Shown piece after piece: positions 1 to 10,746 of a stretch of 64,000 nucleotides of DNA. Origin of the DNA: Camelus dromedarius (taxonomy: Eukaryota); NCBI RefSeq assembly GCF_036321535.1, contig NC_087437.1, positions 22,508,001 to 22,572,000 on the forward strand. The letters are read 5' to 3'. Each line of letters opens with the position of its first letter. Positions within the stretch are counted from its first letter, which is position 1. The position numbers and the translations under genes were made by a program. Under the pieces are notes generated by a model, which worked only from the letters and a program-made list of their open reading frames with translations, was not told where the DNA came from and did no database searches.

Positions 1-3000
1 TAAGAGTTTCTGACTCACATGTGTGCTCAAAATTGCCTTTCAGTTTGCACAGCAAGCTTTCAGGGGTGAGCAACATCCCTGAAGGGCTGTCTGCAAGGAC
101 TCACTTATGCAATTTTGAACGAGAACTAAAACCAACACTTTATGACACTAACTAAAAGAGCTGTTTGAGAAACCACAAAGAGGTACACAGTTAAATTCAA
201 ATTAGTTGGCAAGCAAAGTAGTTTAGGAAACAACATGAGGTGGTCCATAATTCTTTGGGAAGAATAATGATTCTGCTAGCCAGTAAATTCTTTCCAGAGA
301 ATCAATTTTGAGAGGACAATTAACTCTTTTTGGTTACCAGAGAACCATTTATACTGTTCTCTGTGATTTCTGTTTCTGGACCCTCTCAGAGAGCTCTTGT
401 GTTACTAAATATTGTATAGGTATATGTATAAACATGTGTACATGATTTCACGGCTCACTGTGTGGTTCTAAATTATATAAAAAACTGTACTACAATGGGT
501 GCCAGGAGACCTGGTATCTATCTGGTCATAGTTCAGACACTTAGCTAGTTGAATGACTAGTGCAATTTAAATTCATTGCCTGGCCCTCTGTTTTCTTCTC
601 AATGAATTGAAGAAGATGGTCTGCATTAGTGTTCTTTAAATTGGAGTATACAAGAAAATCCACCGAAGGGTGGAAGAAAATATAAGAACCTCATAATTTT
701 TAATTAGAATTTTTGTGTATTTTAAAGTATATAAGTACCCTTGTGGGCAAAAAATTATGCTACATGCAGATAAATGCGTGACAGAACTATTTTATTTTTT
801 CCAACAAGGGTCAAGAAACTGGCAAATACTGCTCAATGATCTCTAAGCACCTCCCCATTTTAAATGTGATCTGAATGGTTGTTTTTACATTTGCTCCAAG
901 GTCTGCATATATGGAATTGAAGAATTATAAGTCGCCTTCCCTGTCCCCCTAGCTTCAGGTTGACTTCCTGACAACTGAATTACCAGTGTCCTTTCTTGAC
1001 CTTGATCTCCTGAAGGGCTGGTCAATGACCTCCCTCTTTGAATTGCCCCCAATTCCATAACAGTGCCCAGCAGACATCAGACACTCAAATGCAGGTTTGT
1101 AAAAGGAATGAAACTCTATTTCAAGAAATATTTATCTGCTCTAAAAAGAGAATGCAGGAGAAATTATTTTTGATCCTCGCATACAAATAGATGTTTATGT
1201 GAATTTATTAGTGGCAGGGCCCATTTTCTTCTAGTGTTTAAATTTTCTTATTCAAGACTATTGTCACCTACAGTCTCTACTACTGATAACATTATTCAGT
1301 AGTTCTTTTCTCATTAAAAGTTGATGAAGCCTTCAGATACAGCAGCTGAAAAGCAAACATCTGTCACATGGAGCATGATTTTCTTTGACATTAAATGCAG
1401 ACTTGAGGGGTTTCTAAGACCAGAGAATATTGCGTTTTTGGACAGGAAATATTGATTATATCATCAGAACAAAGAGCGAGAGCAAACGAGAAAGAAAAAA
1501 AAAATGTGTCTTCCTCTCAGACGATACTCTGAGGGGTTTTAAGGTTGATGGGTTATTTTTCCATGCCACACTTTTATTTATTTTTGATCTGGTAAAAAGA
1601 GACATTTCTGACAGGTTTCCTACCAACCACTGCTGAACGTGAACCTGGAACTGAAAAGTCAAAGATTTAGCGAAATAGAAAACTCCTTCAGGGAATATGA
1701 AAGATTCCAAGTTTCCAAAGCGTACAATCACTGTCTAGTTCACCATATTTGGCAATGCCACAGTCCGCAAATTAATCATGAGTCTGCGGGATGTAAGAGT
1801 ATCAATTCAGAAAACAACACACATCTATGCTCTTATTTCTAGATTCTTCAATGCAGAAGGTAGGCATGCATTTAAGAGTTACTTCTTGTCAATGCTGCAA
1901 GGTTTATAAATTTCCATTTAAAACAAAAATCTCCTTCAATAATGTAGTAGTGAATATTTATGCAAATTAACTTGAGGCCTAGAGAAGAAGAAAAATCCCC
2001 TTTAGCTTAAATTCCTGGCTTTTTACCTCAAATGTTGGTGTTTGTCAGGTTTGTCCCTTCTTTTCAGTTTCCATTTCCTTAGAGTCAGCTGGACATCGTC
2101 ACCTAAATGTCTAATCAGCAAGCTCACCCCAGGTGTTCATGTCCCATGGCCCACTGTACTTTTCCATGTGAAGTTTCCACACTTGTGTAGAATCCAGAAG
2201 GTTTTCTTCAAATGAACCAGTTTTTGTGTCTCCTTTTCTACTACATGTATTTATTCACTTACCACTCCCAGTCTGATGAAATGAACCACTGATCCATTTG
2301 CTATAGGGACTGAGAATGATCGTCAACCCCTCTTTCTCCTTCACTTACATGTTAGTCATTTGTACCATCTATCTTCTGACAATTTTCTACATACCTGTGC
2401 AGAACATGGGCAACTGAGAAGGGAAGAACTTTCTCTTTTCCCTAAGCCTTGCTGACACCATGGGGAGATGTTAAATCATGACTGAAAACATTTACAGTGA
2501 AGAAAGCAGAGGTGAATTTGTCCACTATTCAAGTTACATGTGCAAGGTTGTCTGAATATTGAAATGATGAGCTGTTTGGTTCAAGAAAGTGCAGCTGTGA
2601 GTTAATATGTTGTTATGCGAGATGTACTTTACACCCCTGCTTTTATTGCGATGGCATCGTTGAGCGTTTGCCCTTGGTTAAGCAAGTTGGTTAACTAATC
2701 CCCTTGAGAACTTTGGGTGTCTATTGCTACAGCTTGAATGCCTAATATTTTGAGCCTCCGGGTTTTATTTTTGGCTTGGAAAACACTCAGTGCCCCTCAT
2801 TTGCTGGTGAATTGTTGGCTAATTAATCTGGATTCACATGGTCCTGTCAATATGAAGCAAGAACAGTCTAAAGCTGAGATGTCAGCTAATGACATGTATA
2901 TAGAAACTGAAACCAGCCAGACTTGAATCGAGAAATAATTCAAACTAAGTCCCCTCCTGGTGATTTGTTTTATTTACTGAGATCTAGAAATATATTTCCC

Positions 3001-5064
3001 ATCCAGTCATGCGATGCATCAGTAGAAAGCCAAACAGAACACATTCACCTCTGAACTAGAAGCCTTCTTAAGAGTTACAGACAAGTTTTTGCCAAGCTGA
3101 GAGATGATGGCGATGAGATGTAAAAAGCCAACTTACTCAGATCAAGTGAAGTTGCAACATGTCCAGTAATAGTCATTTCATTTGGAAATCTTTCCTCCTT
3201 GTCTACTGCAAAAAAGAAAGACTTCCCCAGGCTTCCCTTCATGACTACTTTACAAAAGCCTTTCAAGAACTGACCTGACAGATAAGCAGGACTTGAGCTT
3301 TCAAGTGTCAGCTTTTCCTTATCATGACAATGTAATTAGGCCTTTGTCATTTGAGACCAACAGGAGAAAAGGCCTGGTTGATGGGATTGAGATGAATTAA
3401 CTGTTTATATTGTGCTTGATGCTTGTGTGTGCTAAATTCTTCTCTCTTTCAGACATCTTGGTCAATTCCTTAGTGAACGGGCCAGAGTGTCACTTGTTTT
3501 CACCCTTCTGTGTTTAAAAAAATTCTTCAGTCTCTTACTCTCTAGAATCAGACTACAAAGCCCAATAGCATTGCTTAGTAATGAGCACTTTTCTTTCAGA
3601 TTTTTACGTGTTTGTTTTCTTAGATGGAAACCATTCTAAGCTGCGTAAACAGTGGGCTATACAGTTCTAACTTTTTGCATGAGAAAATGAGGGATGCCAA
3701 TGGCCCCCCTCCTCCTCTTTCACTTCCAATGGACATAAAATATGCCCCAGGAATCTAAAAATGGAAGCTGTCTTTATTACAGCAGTGCCTGGAAGCGGAG
3801 AAATCATTAGACATGGTGTCAATGTTGCCATTAGAAATCTTACTCTTCAGGTGTTTAATGACAGTCCCTGAAAGTTTGCTTCTGGCAAAAACCTGAACCC
3901 TAAAGTCTCAGCTGGGAAACAGATTATAAAAATGAATTTTCAAACAACCTGTCCAGCTGTGCTTTTGGGTTATCTTTATAAACTGAAAAGCAGCTTCTAT
4001 GACAGGATTCAATTCCACTAGAGATTATGCTATAAATAATACTGCTGAATTATTTTCAATATTCAATTTAAAATAATGGCTCAGTAACCTAATGACTTTT
4101 AGAAAATAGGACTCTGCAAGAGAAAAATTCTGCTTGATCAGAAATTAGGTATGCATGTGTTCCAGGTGCTTCATGGAGAGAATACCTCAGGTCACGTGTT
4201 TACTCAAAAGCCACATTCTGTATGTGTAAGTGTCCTTCTATTACAAAATAATAAAAATCCTTTTACCTTGGCCGTAAAAAAAAACCGAGATACCAATTAA
4301 CAGGGAGACTTATTCCAATCCCTCAGCAAGTTAGCAGAAGAGCTAGAAGCCAGAGACATATCCCCCAGGGGCTGATTCTGTAATTAGGGCAGACACTTCC
4401 ATATAAATTCCCTTCTTTCTATGCAATCCTGGCTCGTGAGGACTCCTTAAAATCCATTTCTATCTACACATCCTCATTCTCCAGAAAGACTTTTCACCTG
4501 CATTTGACATTCTGCCCAGTCTTCCCATATAAAAGTTTTCTTAAACTGCACTTGTATATTTCCAATAGCAGAGCATCAGACTTCTGGGTAACAGAAATGA
4601 CAACCTTCATTTGCATGTCTAAAAGCCACTTGTTTCCATAAAACTAAGTTCTTCTACGTGACTACTGAATACTTGCAGGTGCAATTTCCAAGAGACTGAG
4701 ATGAGGTGGCTGCAAATGTGGCCCTTGAAGTAAAAGATGATCAAAATAAATCAGATGATCATCATCAAATTAGTAACAACTGAAAGTGAAAGCAGAAGAT
4801 GTGGTAATGAGCAAGCCCCCCTCACAAAGAAGCGTTCATAATGAATCTTATAAGAAGCTGAATTGAAAAGGATAATGAACACTGTGCAAACTGTCTTTAA
4901 AAGCGTGATTCTTTTTGTCTATCAGTATGCACCTGGCATAAGATGGTCCCAAGCATCCAGGCCTAGAGGCTGTGCTGTCTTTGAGCCGCTCTTCCCTTCT
5001 GAATTGTCACCAAGTTATGCAGCTTCTTTTGTTGAAATACCTCATGGATTATTCCTTCCCTCGT

Positions 5065-5463
5065 ACTATTTAGGTTTCTTTGTTTATAAGCAATAAAAAC
5101 TGATTCCGGCAACTGTAATCAGAAAGGAATTTACTAGAGGGAAGAGGCAGGAAGGCAGCTCCAGGGATCTATGGCAGAAATAAATAGAGGGTCCCAACAG
5201 TGTTCCACTCTTGGAAATTATGGGTGCCAACAGTTATAGACCCTTCTCTCTCCCTCCTAAAGTTCACATCCTGGGGGAAGAGTTTCTGGTTGACCTAGCT
5301 TCAGGTGTCCCTATTATCTTTTGTAGGGGAGGGGAGTGGGAGGGTGGGGTTTACAAGTTAGTATCTGATGGAGGAGGGGTAGTTCCCTAAGTAACAGGAG
5401 GATGCTTTATCAGTAAAAGTGAGAATGGGTGCTGGGCAGCCAAAACCAACATATGCCCACCAT
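5065..5463 (-). mobile_element. MLT1-type (ERVL-MaLR) solo LTR, old subfamily
   Basis: Starts with tttgtttataagcaataaaaactgattc...cagaaaggaatttactagagg and ends gggtgctgggcagccaaaaccaacatatgcccaccata, typical of MLT1K/L-like termini. Confidence 0.6.
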
Positions 5464-5899
5464 ATTCTTTTAGACTATGCTCTTGTTTCCTTAGGTCACA
5501 TGTCTCTATTTTAACTTAATGGTTAGAGAAATGAAATTGCAAATTAATGCAATTTATTATATATCCTTTAGTTGGTGTATGAATCTGCTCTGGAATATCT
5601 TGACCAGAATATAAAATCTGCAAGAATATTTCAGGCATAAGGCACTCACTACCTTATAAAATAGTCTGTTATTCAACTTTTGGAAATATTTCCTTTTGTT
5701 GAGCTAAAATCATTCATTCCACTGCTCAAAAGACACTGAATGCCTAGCATGCTTCAGCCATACTGCCAATGATGATACAGCCCTCATGGGCCTGGTAGTT
5801 TAATATAAGTTTGATCCATCAGTCCTAATTCTACACATCAGCCCATGTTCTCTATTTCAGAGCTGCAGAGAGTAAGTCAAATAGTACAGTGAAGTCTAC

Positions 5900-7560
5900 A
5901 TGCACATAAATAAACTATAGCCGTCTAGAAACTATAATGGAAGAAGCTTCCACTCATCACAGTAAGCCAAAATATAAAATAGCTTAAAAACTACTTAACA
6001 AGAAATCTGTAAGTCTAATGTGAAGACAACTATAACAATTTACTAAGGGCCATAAAAGATGACTTGAATAAATGGAGAGATATAACATATTCCTGGGTAG
6101 GAAGACTCAATGTTGTAAAAACACCACTTCTCCTCAAATTAATCTAAAAATTTAAGACAAACCAAATCATCATCCTAAAGTTATTTTCTGCTTGAAACAT
6201 AATGAAACTATTTTCAAAGTCATTCTGGAATAATAAAAATGAGTATAGCAAAGAGGTCCTTGAAAAGGGGGGAAGGGGTTAAGAAATGGATCTATTAGAT
6301 ATTAAAATGAAACATGGAGCTGAAATGATGAAAACGGTAAAGACCAAAACCACAAGCTCAGTGGAACAATAGAAAGGCCAGAACTTGCACATATATGTAT
6401 GTACCTACACATGTGGACACTGTAGTATAAATTCATAGGTTAAGGTCGAAGGGTCTTAGGATGAGTGAATAGAATCAAATCTCCACTATATACTGCACCT
6501 TATATCAAAACAAATCCCAGTTGGATTTCAATGCAAAAATAAAGCCAGACAACTATTAAAAGAAAGTACACATTATTGTCAACAAACACTGGGCTTTCTA
6601 AGTAGAAATTAATAAAATCTTGGGCTTTCTAAGGAGGAGATAAAATTAACCATATGAAACTTGAAAATGTCTACATCAACCTAAACAAAAAAAACATATT
6701 TGAAAGGTAAAACCATGAATTGGAGACTATTTATAGCCTACAGGACAGCTAAAAGGTTAATTTTCTTAATAGATAAAGATCTTCTAAAATTTAATGTGAC
6801 AACTATCAGCGCCTCGCTAGAAAAAAGGACAAAGGGCATAAACAGGTAGTTCACCAAAGGAGAAATACAAATTGCCAATGACATAATTAAAATGATTTCC
6901 TTGGTGAAAATATAATAAATTTAAATCAGAATGAAATGGAACTTGATTATCAAATTAGCAGTGATGAAAATGAGTCAGTGCGGTGAAGATGTGAGTGAAT
7001 GAGCTCGCGCTTACATTGCTGGCGGAAATACAAAAGGATAGACATTTTCTGGAGGATAACTTGGATGACATTAAAATTTTAGCCTTCTTATTAACTCTAC
7101 AACTTTATTTTAAGGCAGTTAAATAAATAAGAATCCATGTGTTAATATATGAGGATTACCATCACAATCACAATAATGTTGAAAACTATAAACAATCAAA
7201 AGGTTGATATAATAAATTATGGGAATAATTAATATGATATGGTACTAGGCAGCCATTAAAAATAGTAATATAGAAGAATATTTAATGCCATGAAAAAATC
7301 CATTATAAATCGCTGAATGAAAAAAGCAAGTTACTTAAAAATAAAAATATAATCACATATATGTATTCATGCATATGTTTAATTAAGTACATGTAAATGC
7401 ATATAATTAGATGGACTCAGATAAACACTAAAAACAGTTATTAATAGGCAGTGAGAATATAGGTAACTCTAATTTTATTTCCTTCTGTGAATCTTCATTT
7501 TACAAATTTTCTACAATGTGTATACCTTACCTTGGCAGTAAGAAAAAAATTTAAAAATGT
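5900..7560 (+). mobile_element. Ancient L1M (ORF2 3' part and 3'UTR), degenerate
   Basis: Diagnostic segments aaagatgacttgaataaatggagagatataacatattcctgggtaggaagactcaatgttgtaaaa and aaggacaaagggcataaacaggtagttcaccaaaggagaaatacaaattgccaat. A-rich strand bias. Confidence 0.88.
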
Positions 7561-8845
7561 TCTTAAAAACAGATGTATTTTGTTTAAAGCAACAGAAATC
7601 TTTTTTTCAAATGAAATCTTGTGTGAAAACCTAATTCATGGAACCAGTAAGAGGGGTGATGTGGGGATGGCCTAGTGGGCATCCTTGAGCACCCACCTAG
7701 CACCGAAAGGGCTGGTGGAATTGTGTTGAGAAACTATTGTGCACCTTTCCTAGAACTTACATGATGTATTGTTAGTGAATCCTTGCAAGGCCTTGGGATT
7801 GCTGGTTACTGCTACAGTTACTCATAAACTACTTGTTAACTCAGTTCATTTAGTTTGCTGTATTCATTCTCATATATTCATTTGTTAAGCACTTTTTAAA
7901 AAGTCTTCTAGATTTTAGCTTTGTGCTGTATTAGTTTACTTATGGATTAGAACTAGAAGGATTTTCCTATTACATGAAATATCAGCAGAGAATTGTAATT
8001 TAATACCACACCCTCAGATTTTATTGATGGTTGATATGGGAAATGACTACATGAAGAATGGATTTCCATCTTCCCTAAGACAATACATTGTCTGTTATAG
8101 TGCTCAAAGGTCCTTATATAAATATGCATGTGATAAATTTCCTTAAAATTTTAGAAAACAAGGTTTCCCATTTTATAAATAAGTATGACTTCTGTTTATA
8201 ATACTGTATTGTTCCTACATAAGTCATCAAGTTTCCCTTTTGGCTTTGGCTGCCAGAAAGCTCAGAGCTATATTTATTGCCAAGCCACAGCAATGAACAG
8301 CTGCCTAATTTTGCAGAAAAACTCTATCCCAAAGCACTTGAGTGTCTATCCTCAACTAAATGGTCCCATGATGTACATGGCTCCTGTTATGAGTTGTCTC
8401 AAATCCAATTTAGAAATAGGCAAGGATTAAATAATAAACAAACAAACACATAAGCCATTTGGACTAAGCAGGCTTGGTCTTTGGCAGGACAAAATGCTCA
8501 CACCTAAAGTTTGGTTTGTATCAAACGCCTGTTGTGCATGTTGCTTAATCTGGAGGACTGTTCTGGACTAGTGCACCTCTGGGTGCAGCCATGGAAGTCT
8601 GAGTCTTCCTGCTACGAGACCCATACCTGCATCCACCCATCCCACGACGCTAGCTCCTTAGTGGCAGGCTGCACGGTATCCAATAAAGATTCCAGGTTGA
8701 AAGGGGTGGCAAAAAAGCAAGGCACAGACAAGCTAGAGATTTGTAAGTGAACCACATCCTTTAAATGAGTTAAGAAAACAAGATCTTGCTGAAATGGACC
8801 AGGAAATAGTAAGACAATTTTCACACAGAAACAATCTTAGGCATT

Positions 8846-8846
<1 letters not shown>

Positions 8847-8890
<44 letters not shown>
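8847..8890 (+). repeat. (GT)22 microsatellite
   Basis: Perfect dinucleotide run seen directly. Confidence 0.97.
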
Positions 8891-8892
<2 letters not shown>

Positions 8893-9357
8893 ATTTATTA
8901 CAATGTTCAACAGGAGACTAAAAAATACCAAGTGAATTAAGATACTTTTTTTACCTTTCTGGAAGGTCAAACAGCTATTCTTATTGTTAACATTACTTGC
9001 GTCATTTTACAACATGTTAAGTGCTGAAAAGGGCACAGAATGTGGAAGAAAGGGGACCACAAATTTTTGAAAGACAGATGTAAACTGTTTCCTGCCTTAT
9101 TTCATTTAAGGGACACTAGCATTCTCTTTCTCTGGAATGCATAAACTCTTCAGTAACCTCTCTAATAACATGGTAAGGCACTAATATAATGGATGTCGTG
9201 CTGGAATGACTTGAAATGATACAAGGGCCTGGTGGGGTGGACTCTGGTAATGTAGTCTTGATTATAGTGTCATAAGAACTGGCAGGGTGGCTATCTGATT
9301 CAGCAACACACTCAGAGCCTGTGGGAATAGCTTGGTTCCTGTGGCTATGAAGTCAGG

Positions 9358-9395
9358 TGAGTCAGCTGCCCAGAGCAACAGGTTACCATGGCAAC
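9358..9395. promoter_or_regulatory. Candidate enhancer core: AP-1 site, E-box and RFX X-box
   Basis: TGAGTCA 9358-9364, CAGCTG 9363-9368, degenerate X-box GCTGCCCAGAGCAAC 9365-9379, X-box GTTACCATGGCAAC 9382-9395. Motif match only. Confidence 0.5.
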
Positions 9396-9539
9396 AAAGA
9401 TTTGCTCTGGCTTTCCCAGAAGGGACAAAACCAACTTAGAAGCAGGTGAGCCTGGCAGGCTCCTGGGTCTTCCTACTCTTGGGGGCTTGCCTTATATTCC
9501 ATAAATAGAATTTCATTCAAGATAACAACGCTTGGTACC

Positions 9540-9735
9540 CATGAGCCCAGGCTCTGGAATCAGATCTCCTAGTTTTAAATCCCAGCTCCACCACTTACTG
9601 TTGGCTGAGTAAACTGTGCATAATCCTTAACTTTGAGTCTTTCTGTAAATTAATGAGAACATTCACAAAAGGCAGTTAGCCAGCACCTGGCTCATGGTAC
9701 ATGTTCAACATATGTCAACTTTTATTATTATTTAC
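9540..9735 (+). mobile_element. MIR
   Basis: caggctctggaatcagatctcctagttttaaatcccagctccaccacttactg...agcacctggctcatggtacatgttcaacatatgt. Confidence 0.75.
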
Positions 9736-10640
9736 ACTTAAAGTATCATCTATTCAAATTCAAACACCCAGGGAGACACACTTTGTTCCCGGCTAGCACT
9801 TTGGGAGACAGGGGGTGTCTCACCACTTGAATGTCAATTAAGGTGTAGTTAGTGAGTAGCAAGGGATCTAGGATTGAAACCTGGGAGAAGCGGGGAACTA
9901 GGCCAAAGGAGAGAAATAGCTTTGACATTTTGCTCAGAGCTGCAGTGATTCTTCTACATGGAAAAGCACCCAATTGTTGCAGCCATCCAAGCACAAACCC
10001 TTGCTGTTGCAGGAAGGCAATCTAATTGCCAAATCCAGGTACAGGATGCATGGCCCTGGAACCTTAAGGACTGCCTCTTTGTCTATCAACTATTCCACCT
10101 CGGAGGACTCTACATACAGACTTTCTGCAGTAGGAGATACCAAACTATAGAGTCACCACATTAGCTCTCTGTTTTCTGGTCTGTGATGGAGTGAATGCAA
10201 AGATTGTGAACACTGTTGTGTGTGGAGATGTGCACACCCCAGACAGGCTGCTTATGCAGGCATAGCTGTAAATAGCCAATGGAAAGCCACCACCCTTTCC
10301 CACAAAGCAGCTGTGCGTCCATTCACACTGAGCAGAGACTCCCATTTGTAAAATCATCCATCACCTCCACACATCAGTCATTTGTAGATTTCAACATCCC
10401 CTTCCTGACCCACAAGGAGAGAAGAGGAAATGGCACTTTGGAGACTTCTGATTGAGCTATTGGGTAAATGGATGAATTTTTTTTCTCCCCAGGGTACCCA
10501 AGAGACTGATTCTGACACAAACCTATAGAAGAGAGACTTCATTTCACCTGCTGTGCAGGGAGTGGGGCACAGGGCAGGGGGTGGGGTGGGAAACACATGT
10601 ATTCACATGCCCAGTTTGCTGCACAGAACAAAGTACTGAC

Positions 10641-10746
10641 CTGTTAGGCCAGCAGCCTCAGCAGACAGGAAGGCGCTCCAAGATAGGAGGAAAAACAGGC
10701 CGGTTTCCAGCATTGGGAACTCACACAGTTTGGTAAATTTGGTCAA
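10641..10746 (-). CDS. SLC9A9: SLC9A9 (NHE9) internal coding exon, 106 nt (human exon 8 equivalent)
   Basis: The minus strand reads TTG ACC AAA TTT ACC AAA CTG TGT GAG..., i.e. [35 protein letters not shown](G), continuing the previous exon in phase 0. Preceded by an AC acceptor and followed by the donor ACAG|GTCAGT (GT at 10640-10639). Absent from the ORF track. Confidence 0.97.

Larger units (their letters stand above)
1..10640 (-). other. SLC9A9: SLC9A9 downstream intron (partial; next exon lies beyond the window)
   Basis: GT donor at 10640. By eye I found no sequence encoding the expected next exon (GIVAVLFCG...YNNLS...). Confidence 0.8.
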
